Of a DNA stretch of 64,000 nt, positions 8,005-17,400 are shown one piece after another (the first letter of the stretch is position 1; each line of letters starts with the position of its first letter). The stretch is from IMG/VR virus record IMGVR_UViG_3300028886_003642. The stretch is one strand, 5' to 3'. The translations under genes were made by a program, and so were the position numbers. Source of the stretch: a virus. Its lineage: Duplodnaviria > Heunggongvirae > Uroviricota > Caudoviricetes. Below the pieces are notes generated by a model that was not told the origin of the DNA, made no database searches, and saw only the letters and a list, made by a program, of their open reading frames with translations.

Positions 8005-10220
8005 TCCATCTCAACTCCAGTATGTTTTACTCGCATCTCTACTTCTTGCTGTTTACCTAAATTAAATGCTTTCTTATAATCTGAAGTCATATACCCTGTG
8101 ACCCTACGTAATCTTTGAATATCACTACTACCACACTTAGGACAAGTATCATTCATTTCATCACAATACCCACAATTTTGACAAGTATCATTAGGGACAT
8201 TTATAGCGAAATATGGAATATCTTTATCCATGGCATAAATAACTATCTTCTCTAAAGCGTCTATATTATGTTTAGCGGTAGCATCAAGTTCTACGTAAGT
8301 TATACAGCCAGCATTTGAATATCCTGTCAACTGTGATTCAATATCTATTTTTTCAAATACATCAACCTTTTTATATACAGGTACATGTATACTATTTGTA
8401 AAATATTTTTTATCTGATACTTTAGAAATTACTCCATACTTTTTCTTAAATTTATTCATTGCTGTATAACAAAGATTTTCAGCAGGAGAAAAATATACTC
8501 CAACATTTAATTTATGTTCTAATTTATAAGCTTTACATCTATCATAAAATAATTTCTCGATACGTTTAGCCAACTCCATACCTTCTTCTGTTGTATGGTC
8601 ACATCCAATAAGTATTTCTAAAGTTTCACTTAGCCCTAATTGACCGAGAGCCAATGTACCATGTTTCATAGCAGATCTAATATCTTTACCATCATAACCT
8701 ACCATAGTATTATTTTCCCACATAAAAGTAGCAGATGCTGGATCTTGAGAACAAATCCACTCATATCTTTCAACAAGCATCTCAATACCTTCAGATATTT
8801 TAACATCTAAGTATTCCATAAATTTTTCCACTAAATCATCATTATCACTTAAAGATTCTTTAGTCTCCATAGCTAAAGTAGGAAGAATAATAGTAACTGG
8901 AGTAATATTACCTCTACCATCTTTAAGCTGACCAAGACCATTTATATCGAACCCATTATATGTGCGGCATCCCATAGTTGCCATAAATGTATTTGGATCA
9001 TTCTTATCATACCCCTCATTTACAGACCAATCTATGTTAGCATAGTTAGGATAAAGTCTTTTAGCCGTACATGTTAAAGCTAATCTAAATAAATCATAAT
9101 TAGGATCTCCTTTATGTTTATTTATTCCTTCCCCAACCTGGAAAATGACGCAGGGAAACACAGAAGTTTTGTGTAATCTCCCCACACCTCTGATACTTCC
9201 TTCAAGCAATGCCCTAATAACAAGTCTTCCCTCAATACTAGTACATGTGCCAAAATTAATTGAAGAAAATGGTAACTGATTGCCAGAGCGACTTTGTAAA
9301 GAATTTAAATTATGGTATAATCCCTCAACTGCCTGTTCTGTTTCTTTTATCGTCATATCCATCGCATATTTATACACTTTAGGTATCTTTTTATACCAAT
9401 TATCATCAATAGATATATCAACTACATTTGCTCCACAAGGTTCTTTATATACAATAACCAAATCATCTGCTTCTTCAATATATTTTAATCCATCACAAAA
9501 ATGCTTATTAAAGGACTTTCTTACATAAGGAATCATAGTCCAATCAACATGTGTTGCAGCAACTCCACCAAATTGAGCAAGACTTTGAAGCTGAAAAATA
9601 ACTGCAACTAACTGCATAGCAGTATTTATAGAATTGGCAGGTCTAATATCTACTTGTCTAGTATTAAAACCATACATAAGTAAATGATCTAAAGGACAAG
9701 ATAAACAATTATGAAGCCCAAGCGCATAACTATCAAGATCGTGTATATAAATTTCGTTATTTAGATGATTATCTCTTGCCATTTTAGACATACAGTAATT
9801 TAAAGCGTAGTCCTTTAAAAGTTCATTGGTCATTTCACCTTTACGACCACCAAAAGATCTTTCATCCACATTAGCATTTTGGTTTTGAACATTTTTTGCA
9901 AATAATTTTTCGTCTACTATATCTAATAGTTGTGCATATTTTTCTCTTGCTACATCATGCAAATGTCTATAAGAAATATAACTTCTTGCTACATCATAAA
10001 AGTGAGAGTGCATCAACTCATTTTCTATAGCAGTTTGTATATCATGAACAGAAATATCTGATAATTTTCTCAATTTTTTTGTAACTTTCTGTACCACAGA
10101 ATTTATATCTGAATAAGATAAATCCCCTGCTTTTTGTACTGCCTTGTATATCTTTTCCGCATTAAAATCCTGTAAGCTCCCATCTCTTTTTCTAACCTTT
10201 ACCACATAACTCACCCTCAC
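8001..10220 (-). CDS. nrdD: anaerobic ribonucleoside-triphosphate reductase (class III RNR)
   Basis: N-terminal ATP-cone. C-terminal CxxC...CxxC zinc site (CQNCGYCDE...CPKCGS). Glycyl-radical motif RVTGYM near the C-terminus. 739 aa. Confidence 0.85.
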   Translation of the reverse strand: MRVSYVVKVRKRDGSLQDFNAEKIYKAVQKAGDLSYSDINSVVQKVTKKLRKLSDISVHDIQTAIENELMHSHFYDVARSYISYRHLHDVAREKYAQLLDIVDEKLFAKNVQNQNANVDERSFGGRKGEMTNELLKDYALNYCMSKMARDNHLNNEIYIHDLDSYALGLHNCLSCPLDHLLMYGFNTRQVDIRPANSINTAMQLVAVIFQLQSLAQFGGVAATHVDWTMIPYVRKSFNKHFCDGLKYIEEADDLVIVYKEPCGANVVDISIDDNWYKKIPKVYKYAMDMTIKETEQAVEGLYHNLNSLQSRSGNQLPFSSINFGTCTSIEGRLVIRALLEGSIRGVGRLHKTSVFPCVIFQVGEGINKHKGDPNYDLFRLALTCTAKRLYPNYANIDWSVNEGYDKNDPNTFMATMGCRTYNGFDINGLGQLKDGRGNITPVTIILPTLAMETKESLSDNDDLVEKFMEYLDVKISEGIEMLVERYEWICSQDPASATFMWENNTMVGYDGKDIRSAMKHGTLALGQLGLSETLEILIGCDHTTEEGMELAKRIEKLFYDRCKAYKLEHKLNVGVYFSPAENLCYTAMNKFKKKYGVISKVSDKKYFTNSIHVPVYKKVDVFEKIDIESQLTGYSNAGCITYVELDATAKHNIDALEKIVIYAMDKDIPYFAINVPNDTCQNCGYCDEMNDTCPKCGSSDIQRLRRVTGYMTSDYKKAFNLGKQQEVEMRVKHTGVEMD

Positions 10221-10225
10221 TTTTT

Positions 10226-10253
10226 ACATAAAACAAAAAGCAAGACATCTTGC
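10226..10253 (-). promoter_or_regulatory. leader hairpin plus U-tract between the nrdD promoter and RBS (possible attenuator)
   Basis: GCAAGAcatcTTGC stem at 10240-10253, followed on the minus strand by TTTTTGTTTT, within the ~55-nt nrdD leader. Confidence 0.3.
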
Positions 10254-10274
10254 CTTGCATATTTGTTCTCTAAT

Positions 10275-10308
10275 TATATTATACCATAAATTTATTTATT
10301 TGTCAATC
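10275..10308 (-). promoter_or_regulatory. sigma70-type promoter for nrdDG (-35 TTGACA at 10301-10306, 17 bp, extended -10 TGGTATAAT at 10278-10286)
   Basis: Minus-strand reading gattgacaaataaataaatttaTGGTATAATataatt. Confidence 0.6.
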
Positions 10309-10518
10309 CTCATTTGGAGTTAATGACTTAACAGTTTCTTCGGCCTGATCATCCACTAAAGCATTTGCTCTTTCATAAAGACTAGCAATATAGTCATCTA
10401 CATCTTCATCTTTAAGATCTTCAACATTAGCATCATAGCCAACCTCAAATTTATAGAATTCATCCTTAATTTTCATAGTCCTAGAACTAACACAATGTAT
10501 AGAATTTACTTTTGGCAA
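10303..10518 (-). CDS. hypothetical acidic protein (71 aa), TTG start
   Basis: RBS GGAAGGTGGA lies 5 nt before TTG. Confidence 0.4.
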   Translation of the reverse strand: MPKVNSIHCVSSRTMKIKDEFYKFEVGYDANVEDLKDEDVDDYIASLYERANALVDDQAEETVKSLTPNED

Positions 10519-10689
10519 TTAATCCACCTTCCTATCCAAATATACAATTATTAAATTAAGTATAAATATTGATAATACAAAATCTATTATAGTACCAACA
10601 ACAGCACAAAAAAGATTACCGCTAAAATATGTTTCTACTAGCCAAAGAGTAGACGTTGTAATTGTTGCTACTACTAATGCTATTACTGA

Positions 10690-10960
10690 AAATATTGAAC
10701 ACTCCCACCACCTATAGAGGTGGGGGATTCCTGATTCATCGACTAATGCGCCAAAACCTTAGTTTCAGTGTCTTACATAATCTCCAAAGGCGTAGAGGTT
10801 ATTTCTAACCTCAGTTCCCGTATGACCTACGGTACTATTTTTCTTATGCTATATCTTTTGCTTTTGCTAAAATATTTATTGCCGCATTTCTATCTCTATC
10901 ATGATGCGCTCCACATACAGGACATACCCAATCTCGCACAAGTAAATTCTTTACTAGTGG
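10690..10960 (-). ncRNA. candidate TnpB-associated ωRNA (reRNA) region, estimated to span the tnpB 3' end and the right-end hairpin
   Basis: In IS200/605 the ωRNA overlaps the tnpB 3' end and extends past the RE. The flank has GC-enriched stems: gaggttatttctaacctc (10795-10812), cccgtatgacctacgg (10817-10832) and cccacc-acctatagag-gtggg (10704-10726). The 5' limit inside tnpB is a guess. Confidence 0.35.
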
Positions 10961-11962
10961 ATTTTTATATCCACATTCATAACAAGTTTGACTTGATGGG
11001 TAGAATGTAGGTATTTTTACTACTACACCGCCATGTTCTTTTGCTTTATATTCTAATTTAATAAAGAACTTACCCCATGCTACATCACTTATTGCTTTTG
11101 CTAACTTGTGATTCTTTAACATGCCTTTGATGTTTAACTTCTCAATAGCTATAAAAGCATTGTCTTCTGTTAAGTGATAAGTTAATTTATGCTGAAAATC
11201 ATCTCGTACATTCTTTATTTTTTCATGAATACGAGCAACTTTTATCCTTTGCTTTTCATATTGTGCTGAACCCTTTTTCTTACGAACTAATTTTCTTTGA
11301 GCACGAGCTAATTTCTTTGCAAATTTAGCAAGTATTTTTGGATTCTTTACCACATTACCATTAGTATCTGCATAAAAATCTTTTACTCCTACATCAATAC
11401 CTATTTCATGTCCACTATTAGAAAGCAATTCTGTTTCATATTTTACACAAATAGACACATAATATTTATTAGATGCTGTGCAAGTAACTGTTGCATTTAC
11501 AATTTTTCCTACCAAATCACGAGAAAGTTTGATTTTCACTTTCCCAATCTTTGGTAGTTGAATTGTATTACCTACTAATTTAATATTATTACTTACACAC
11601 TGACTTCTATATTTCTGACAATATGCATGTTTAGACTTAAACTTAGGATACTTAGATATCTTTTTAAAGAATCTATCGTATGCTACTTGTAAATCTCGAA
11701 GGGAATTTTGAAGTGCCGTACTATCAACTTCATTAAGCCAGCTATACTCATCATACTTTTTAAGGTCTGTAAGCATAGCATTTGTAGCACTATAATTAAC
11801 ACTTTTATGATTGAATTTCCATTCATCTCTACGAACCTGTAGAAAATGATTGTAAATAAACCGCTTACAACCAAGAGTTTTATTTATCAATATCCTTTGC
11901 TCTTTTGTAGGATAAATCCTATACTCCATGCCACGAGTAATTTCTACTATCAAAATTCTCAC
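10844..11962 (-). CDS. tnpB: TnpB (IS605 OrfB family RNA-guided endonuclease)
   Basis: N-terminal YRIYPTKEQ motif. RuvC-I GIDVGVKDF, RuvC-II IAIEKLNIKGM, and zinc finger CYECGYK...CPVCGAHHDRDRNAAINI containing RuvC-III. The true start is probably TTG/ATG a few codons inside the listed ORF, after RBS AGGAGGTG. Confidence 0.85.
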   Translation of the reverse strand: MRILIVEITRGMEYRIYPTKEQRILINKTLGCKRFIYNHFLQVRRDEWKFNHKSVNYSATNAMLTDLKKYDEYSWLNEVDSTALQNSLRDLQVAYDRFFKKISKYPKFKSKHAYCQKYRSQCVSNNIKLVGNTIQLPKIGKVKIKLSRDLVGKIVNATVTCTASNKYYVSICVKYETELLSNSGHEIGIDVGVKDFYADTNGNVVKNPKILAKFAKKLARAQRKLVRKKKGSAQYEKQRIKVARIHEKIKNVRDDFQHKLTYHLTEDNAFIAIEKLNIKGMLKNHKLAKAISDVAWGKFFIKLEYKAKEHGGVVVKIPTFYPSSQTCYECGYKNPLVKNLLVRDWVCPVCGAHHDRDRNAAINILAKAKDIA

Positions 11963-12130
11963 CTCCTAATTATATTGTAACATATGTAAGAAATAATTGC
12001 AAGTAGTTTGTGGCAATTCATCTCCACCCTTCGCTTCGCTTAGAGGATGAAGGCTTCTTGCCACACTCTGCTAAAACTACTTGTCCAAGGACTTTAAGCA
12101 TTTTTAATGTTTCTTTATAGGCATCTTTTA

Positions 12131-12478
12131 TCATTTTTTAACCTTCACAAACTTGACAGCCATAGTCTTTTTCTCAATAACACAATCTGCAAATTCAGCA
12201 CCATCAATTTCACCTGTAGCAATAGAATCTTCCAAAGCTTCTTCATTTACTACCTCCTTCAGTAACCATTTTGCATTTAGCTTTTTAACTACTTCTAAAG
12301 TTTTTTCTGGGTCTAATTTTTGTGATACTCTTTCTTCTACAATAGCTCTATATTCATTTCCTTCATATGAACCTACACCTTGAGATTTTACTTCTGCCTT
12401 TAGCTTATCTACTTCTTTCTTTAAAGCTGTCAACTCGGCATTCTTAATGGCAAGCAAATCAATTTTATTTTCTGACAT
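12131..12478 (-). CDS. hypothetical coiled-coil protein (115 aa)
   Basis: ORF with RBS AAGGAG. Confidence 0.4.
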   Translation of the reverse strand: MSENKIDLLAIKNAELTALKKEVDKLKAEVKSQGVGSYEGNEYRAIVEERVSQKLDPEKTLEVVKKLNAKWLLKEVVNEEALEDSIATGEIDGAEFADCVIEKKTMAVKFVKVKK

Positions 12479-12586
12479 ATATAGTGTACTCCTTAAAATA
12501 ACATATTAATTAGACATGGAATAATTCGATAAAGCAATAATATACTGAAAATTCCTAAGATAGCTATGACAAGCATAGCCATAAAC

Positions 12587-13069
12587 CTATACAATTTCAT
12601 ATTCATTATCTTTTAGCTGTTCCTCTACTGATTTTTCATCTGAACTATATTTAAGTTTATACACTGGATACTTATCTGGTGGCATGTATGGAAATTCTAC
12701 TGGAACTCTTGATTCTCTACAGGTAAATTTAACCCCATCTGGTTCAGCAAAAATTCTACCTTCTACATCATAACATTCTCCAGTTTCTTTATTTTTGAAT
12801 ACTGCTGAATATCTTTTATTTTGCCGTGTATTGCCATCAGGATCTAATATATCTGACCACTCATCCTCTTCTCCAGTTAATGGAGTTAAAGGTTTCCAAC
12901 TCCAAAGCCTATCTACAAGTGTAATTACAATAGAAGCTGACATATTAGTATGTCCTTGATCTACAAGTGTTTTTATAACCTCTAATACAGCTTTGTTCAT
13001 ATTATCGTCATAGAAATCAAAGTTATATCTTTTAAGTTCTTCTTCTGCCCAAGTTAACATATCTGACAT
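12587..13069 (-). CDS. hypothetical protein (160 aa)
   Basis: ORF in track. Confidence 0.45.
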   Translation of the reverse strand: MSDMLTWAEEELKRYNFDFYDDNMNKAVLEVIKTLVDQGHTNMSASIVITLVDRLWSWKPLTPLTGEEDEWSDILDPDGNTRQNKRYSAVFKNKETGECYDVEGRIFAEPDGVKFTCRESRVPVEFPYMPPDKYPVYKLKYSSDEKSVEEQLKDNEYEIV

Positions 13070-13079
13070 AATATATACC

Positions 13080-13979
13080 TCATTTTAAGAAATCAGCGTT
13101 CAAAATAAAACTATTATTTCCTGCACCAATCTTAGGAGTTTCGCCATTCCATTTTTCTATTGCTCTTTGACGTAATACATTTTCAGTTAAAGATTCTTGC
13201 AATTTAGCGTTAGCTTGTGCTTGACCTTCAGCTTCAATAATAGCAGCATCTGCCTTACCTTTAGCAGTAACTCTAGCTTTTTCAGCTTCAACTTCAGCTT
13301 GTTCTTTTTCAATACGAACACGTTGGAGTTCATTTTGTGCATTCACAACATTTTGAATTGCAGTTGCAGTAGCTTCATCAGGAACTACATCAGATAAGTT
13401 AAAAGTTTCAATTACAATGCCATATTCCTCTAAATCATTTCTAAACGCTTCAAATATCTTTTGATTAATCTCTGGGCGTTTATCTCCTACAAGTTCCATC
13501 AGACTATACTGGCTAGTTATATTATTAAGTGCTTCATACATAGCATTTTTCATGTAGCCATTTTGAATTGACTCAATATTTTGCCCTCTGAACTTTGCAT
13601 AAACAGCAGGTAGTTTTTCTACATCCATATGATAAGCATAAGTAACAGATGTGTTTACCTGCTTACCATCTTTAGTATTAACATTTACACTCTTATCTAC
13701 CTTCTTATCATCCTTATCACTACCGTCTACAGTATTTTTAGTATAATATACTGTTTCAGTAGAGATAGGATATTCACTCACATGTTTCCATGGAGCTACA
13801 ATATGAAATCCTTGTGACAAAGTTTCGTTTTCAATACCACCGTCCATGTTGTAGACTACACCAGCATATCCAGGGCCAATTCTATTTACACAAGTAAACA
13901 TGCCTACTGTACATACTGCCATACCAACAAAAATTCCAATAGCACCAAGATTTTTAATTTCCATAATGCACTCCTTCAA
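13080..13979 (-). CDS. SPFH/band-7 (stomatin/prohibitin/HflKC-like) membrane protein
   Basis: N-terminal TM segment, then GYAGVVYNMDGG...FHIVAPW...(SPFH core) and a C-terminal coiled-coil typical of band-7 proteins. Confidence 0.7.
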   Translation of the reverse strand: MKECIMEIKNLGAIGIFVGMAVCTVGMFTCVNRIGPGYAGVVYNMDGGIENETLSQGFHIVAPWKHVSEYPISTETVYYTKNTVDGSDKDDKKVDKSVNVNTKDGKQVNTSVTYAYHMDVEKLPAVYAKFRGQNIESIQNGYMKNAMYEALNNITSQYSLMELVGDKRPEINQKIFEAFRNDLEEYGIVIETFNLSDVVPDEATATAIQNVVNAQNELQRVRIEKEQAEVEAEKARVTAKGKADAAIIEAEGQAQANAKLQESLTENVLRQRAIEKWNGETPKIGAGNNSFILNADFLK

Positions 13980-14108
13980 AAAATCTTATTGAAAAATTTC
14001 TTTATCTCTCTACCTACTTCCTTACCATAATGAAAACATAGATACGCCCAAATAACAATAAAAGCTATTAAGATACAAAAGAACATTGCTCTCATGTTTA
14101 ATCAACTC

Positions 14109-14627
14109 TCAATCTAAAATCTCTATTGTAGCATATCGTACACCAAATTCATTACATTCAGCAACAGAATTCATAAAAATATCTAATACTCCATCTGTAG
14201 CAACTCTGTCTTTTATAACATAAATCTGACCATTATACCGAACTCTTGTCCCTAAAGGTAAACCATTCATAGCTGCACACCCCACATAAGGAACTTCACC
14301 ATTAGCCATAACACTATTAGGAGTTAGTCCATCATTAAGAGCGTATGCGCTCACCTTTACTTGCATTGTCCTATAGCTTAATTGTTGTGCCTTTTGTACC
14401 TGACCTTTTAACTCTGAAATTTCCTCATTCTTAGATTGAAGGTCAACTTTTAATTCATTTACATATTCAGCTTGTTTTTTAACAGAAGTATCTAATACTT
14501 CTATTGCTTGACTTCTTGATTCTAATTTTACTTCTAATTCTTTTGTGTGGTTATACCACAATACATTACTTCCAATTAGCATTCCTGCTAAGATTAAACT
14601 TCCTACAATTTTCTTTTTCTGAGTCAT
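14109..14627 (-). CDS. membrane-anchored 3D-domain protein (MltA/RlpA-like fold; possible cell-wall-binding/lytic function)
   Basis: C-terminal VSAYALNDGLTPNSVMANGEVP...GTRVRYNGQIYVIKDRVA...DIFM resembles the 3D domain. The start is moved to ATG at 14627 (MTQKKKIVGSLILAGMLIG signal-anchor) because the -10 of the consensus promoter (14696-14701) lies inside the longer ORF (to 14705). Confidence 0.55.
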   Translation of the reverse strand: MTQKKKIVGSLILAGMLIGSNVLWYNHTKELEVKLESRSQAIEVLDTSVKKQAEYVNELKVDLQSKNEEISELKGQVQKAQQLSYRTMQVKVSAYALNDGLTPNSVMANGEVPYVGCAAMNGLPLGTRVRYNGQIYVIKDRVATDGVLDIFMNSVAECNEFGVRYATIEILD

Positions 14628-14693
14628 TCGCCCGCCAGTCGAGCAAGTCCTTTTGGCTTGCTTTGCTGACTTCCCTCCTTTGATTTGATAAAC

Positions 14694-14726
14694 ATAGTAT
14701 AGCACATTTTTAAGTGCTTGTCAAGG
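14694..14726 (-). promoter_or_regulatory. sigma70-type promoter (-35 TTGACA at 14719-14724, 17 bp, -10 TATACT at 14696-14701)
   Basis: Minus-strand reading atccTTGACAagcacttaaaaatgtgcTATACTatg. Confidence 0.55.
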
Positions 14727-15287
14727 ATAAATTCCAAATTTTTCCAAGTACAAATGAAATTCTACAAATTCTGGGATTGAAATTTCAGACTTCTTTATTA
14801 CTGCTCTTTCAAATGTATGTTTTGTATTATCTGGAAATGTTATAGTAAATACTTGACTGGTTTCTTCCATAGGATAACCTAGTATATTAAAGTATTCTTT
14901 AAACATTTTTACTTTTTCTTTTGCTATTTCTTCATATTCTTTTTTCTTCCATCCTTTTTTCTTTACTAATCCTGCTCGTTTTTTAATAGCAAAAGGATGT
15001 GTCTGCCACATGTCAAAATGTATCTTTATAGTTTTACCTTCAAGATGTGGAAATTTATCTATAAACTTTTGTATAGGTTTATATATCCATATCATTCCTT
15101 TTTCTTCGCCTATAACTTCATCTAATATGAATTTTGCCATTTTATTAGTATGAGAATCTTGTAGCCAAATTACATTTTCTTCTTGCGGATTTCCATAGAA
15201 AAGGCTGGGCTTTAAGTGACTAGTATAGCCAGTATAGCCATTTTTATGCTCTAGCATATGTTTACTGTTAATCACTCTTGATTTCAT
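14721..15287 (-). CDS. hypothetical protein (188 aa)
   Basis: ORF that overlaps the SNF2 gene end by 20 nt. Confidence 0.45.
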   Translation of the reverse strand: MKSRVINSKHMLEHKNGYTGYTSHLKPSLFYGNPQEENVIWLQDSHTNKMAKFILDEVIGEEKGMIWIYKPIQKFIDKFPHLEGKTIKIHFDMWQTHPFAIKKRAGLVKKKGWKKKEYEEIAKEKVKMFKEYFNILGYPMEETSQVFTITFPDNTKHTFERAVIKKSEISIPEFVEFHLYLEKFGIYP

Positions 15288-17004
15288 CTAGTTCTCCTTC
15301 CCCTGTTAATAGGAAATTTAATACTTTTTCATCTTTAAGATCATACTTATGATCCACTAACGCATCTCCAAGAGCACCCTTCCTTTTTACTATTGAGTGA
15401 ATATTTTCATCTATAGTATGTTTGCAGACAAGTGTGATTACAGTTACAGTTTCTGTCTGACCTATTCTATGACATCGATCTTCACACTGAAGTTTTTCAC
15501 TAGCACTCCATGATTCATCTAAAAATATTACATTAGATGCTTTGTTTAAGGTCAGCCCAACGCCCATTGCTCCAACCGTACCAACTATAATATGACAGTC
15601 ATCCTTTTCATTAAAGTATTTAATTTGCCCTTCCCTATCCTTTATTTTACCAGTTATTACAGCTGAAATCAAATAATTGTCACTTAGAAATTTTCTGAAA
15701 TTTGATACTACTGTTTCCCAACAAGAAAATACAATGACAGATTCGTTTCGTTCAATAATTTCTTGTATTAACTCTAATGCTCTATCAAACTTAACAGACT
15801 CTTTTACAGTACTAGAAAGAATACTAGTATCAGCTGTTGCTTGTCTAAGTCTTATCATTTGACTAAGTGGATTTATACTTAATTTAATATTATCAATATC
15901 TGCCACAATAGCATTTAAAACATCTTTATATATTTTCTTTTGCTTTACTGACATATCCAAAAACTCTTCCACATAAATTTTAGGGGGCAATTGTTTTAGT
16001 ACATCAGCTTTTCTAAGCCTTTTAGACACTGATATAAGCTTTGCTTGTAATTCATCTAAATGCTTATGCCCCACGACTTCGTAATTACCAAACCCACCTA
16101 GTATATCATATCTAGATCTAAAATTACTAAAATTGCCTGTAAATGCTCCCGTAATCTTTAGTGGAATATAAAGGTCATCTGGTCTATTCATGAGTATAGT
16201 ACCAGTAAGTAAGTACACATATTTAACATGATTAGTTAATCTTAATAATGCCTTTGATTGTTGTGCAGAAGGTGAAACTATTTTATGACTTTCATCTACT
16301 ACAATACAATTAAATACACCCTTATCCATTAACTTAACTAACTTATCTGTAATAGTTTTCTCTCTAATTGACTCAATGTTAGTAACATAAATAGAAACAT
16401 CATTCTCAAGATTATTTAAATCTTCTAATTTTTCTTTTGTACCTTTAGTAAGCCATATACCTTTGCTATTCTGTCTATTACCTAAAATTTTACACTTAAC
16501 TCCTGTTGTATGCTTATTTACTTCATTTTCCCAAGTATACTTAAGCAGGTTCATTGCTGGTAGTATAAGTACTTTGTTTATCTGCCCTAGCTCTATTCTT
16601 TTTAGTATTGTAGCTATTGTGCAATTAGTTTTTCCAAGTCCTTGGTCGAGATTATAAATATAACGATCAAAAGCCATTCCTTCATCAAAAGTTTCTTTTT
16701 GATATGGATATAATTTAGTAGTTAATGCTTTAGGTAAAGTTATTGTGTGATCTACTATTTTTTCTCCATATTTTTTATTGTCAATTGGCTTCCCATAAAT
16801 ATCTATTCCCTCTTTTGGGAGAATATCTTTAAGTTCTGACAAAGCATCGTAAGGTATCTCCCACATCTTTTCTTCATTATGCCAATATCTTGGAGTTATT
16901 TTTCTTATTGCATCTACTATATTTTGTTTGTATCTAAATGTTAAAAATAAACTTTGTTCTATTCCTTTTAATTTTTTTGGTTTTCCATATTTTGCGTTTA
17001 TCAT
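15268..17004 (-). CDS. SNF2/RAD54-family helicase (DEAD/DEAH-like ATPase)
   Basis: Motif I LDQGLGKT, motif II IVVDESHKI, TGT motif, and C-terminal helicase motifs ...LTLNKASNVIFLDESWSA...QCEDRCHRIGQT. Confidence 0.8.
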   Translation of the reverse strand: MINAKYGKPKKLKGIEQSLFLTFRYKQNIVDAIRKITPRYWHNEEKMWEIPYDALSELKDILPKEGIDIYGKPIDNKKYGEKIVDHTITLPKALTTKLYPYQKETFDEGMAFDRYIYNLDQGLGKTNCTIATILKRIELGQINKVLILPAMNLLKYTWENEVNKHTTGVKCKILGNRQNSKGIWLTKGTKEKLEDLNNLENDVSIYVTNIESIREKTITDKLVKLMDKGVFNCIVVDESHKIVSPSAQQSKALLRLTNHVKYVYLLTGTILMNRPDDLYIPLKITGAFTGNFSNFRSRYDILGGFGNYEVVGHKHLDELQAKLISVSKRLRKADVLKQLPPKIYVEEFLDMSVKQKKIYKDVLNAIVADIDNIKLSINPLSQMIRLRQATADTSILSSTVKESVKFDRALELIQEIIERNESVIVFSCWETVVSNFRKFLSDNYLISAVITGKIKDREGQIKYFNEKDDCHIIVGTVGAMGVGLTLNKASNVIFLDESWSASEKLQCEDRCHRIGQTETVTVITLVCKHTIDENIHSIVKRKGALGDALVDHKYDLKDEKVLNFLLTGEGELDEIKSD

Positions 17005-17168
17005 AAATTAAACTTCCTTATCGCAATACTCATTATTCCTGCTACAAAAGCATTTACAAAAGAAAAATAATGTGTACTGAATATTGTATCTATACCTAAA
17101 AGTAATATTGTTCCTTGTACAAATCCTACAATCATGCTTGCTATTACTGACGCGAATAATATTCTCAT
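17001..17168 (-). CDS. small membrane peptide (~55 aa; MRILFASVIASMIVGF...)
   Basis: Internal ATG with strong RBS AGGAGAAAGAGAAATG. The listed 83-aa ORF (to 17252) lacks an RBS. An overlapping 30-aa hydrophobic ORF (17181..17273, MSENSVKWFLYGALTVLIIEMLFYLFVLIV) with RBS GGGGAGAA precedes it. Possibly holin-like. Confidence 0.35.
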   Translation of the reverse strand: MRILFASVIASMIVGFVQGTILLLGIDTIFSTHYFSFVNAFVAGIMSIAIRKFNL

Positions 17169-17305
17169 TTCTCTTTCTCCTATACAATTAGTACAAATAA
17201 ATAAAATAGCATCTCTATAATTAATACTGTTAATGCTCCGTACAAAAACCACTTAACACTATTTTCTGACATTTCTCCCCAACTCTTTTCTTTTAATTTC
17301 TGTAC

Positions 17306-17338
17306 ATAGTATAACACACTTTCGTCCTTCTGTCAAGA
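17306..17338 (-). promoter_or_regulatory. sigma70-type promoter (-35 TTGACA at 17331-17336, 17 bp, -10 TATACT at 17308-17313)
   Basis: Minus-strand reading gctcTTGACAgaaggacgaaagtgtgtTATACTatg. Confidence 0.55.
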
Positions 17339-17368
17339 GCAAAAAAGGGGAAATTTTACTTTCCCCTT
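17339..17368 (-). terminator. rho-independent terminator (GGGGAAA/TTTCCCC plus T7)
   Basis: ggggaaattttactttcccc, followed on the minus strand by TTTTTTT. Lies downstream of the 17401..18423 gene. Confidence 0.6.
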
Positions 17369-17400
17369 AAATTCCTTTCCCTAATTTTTCTAATAATTTA

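Larger units (their letters stand above)
10685..12085 (-). mobile_element. IS200/IS605-family (IS1341-like) element carrying only tnpB, no tnpA
   Basis: tnpB is flanked by structured GC-rich ends. LE region 11999-12084 contains nested inverted repeats (caagtagtt/aactacttg, gtggcaa/ttgccac and an inner ccttc...gaagg hairpin with a cttagagg core). The RE hairpin lies at 10704-10726. Exact ends were not determined. Confidence 0.5.

Noticed and set aside
10545-10712. Hydrophobic reading frame on the minus strand in the tnpB-nrd intergenic region (…LVETYFSGNLFCAVVGTIIDFVLSIFILNLIIVYLDRKVD)
   Set aside because: No in-frame ATG/GTG/TTG start with an RBS was found. It is more likely a chance open frame overlapping the TnpB-element end hairpin.
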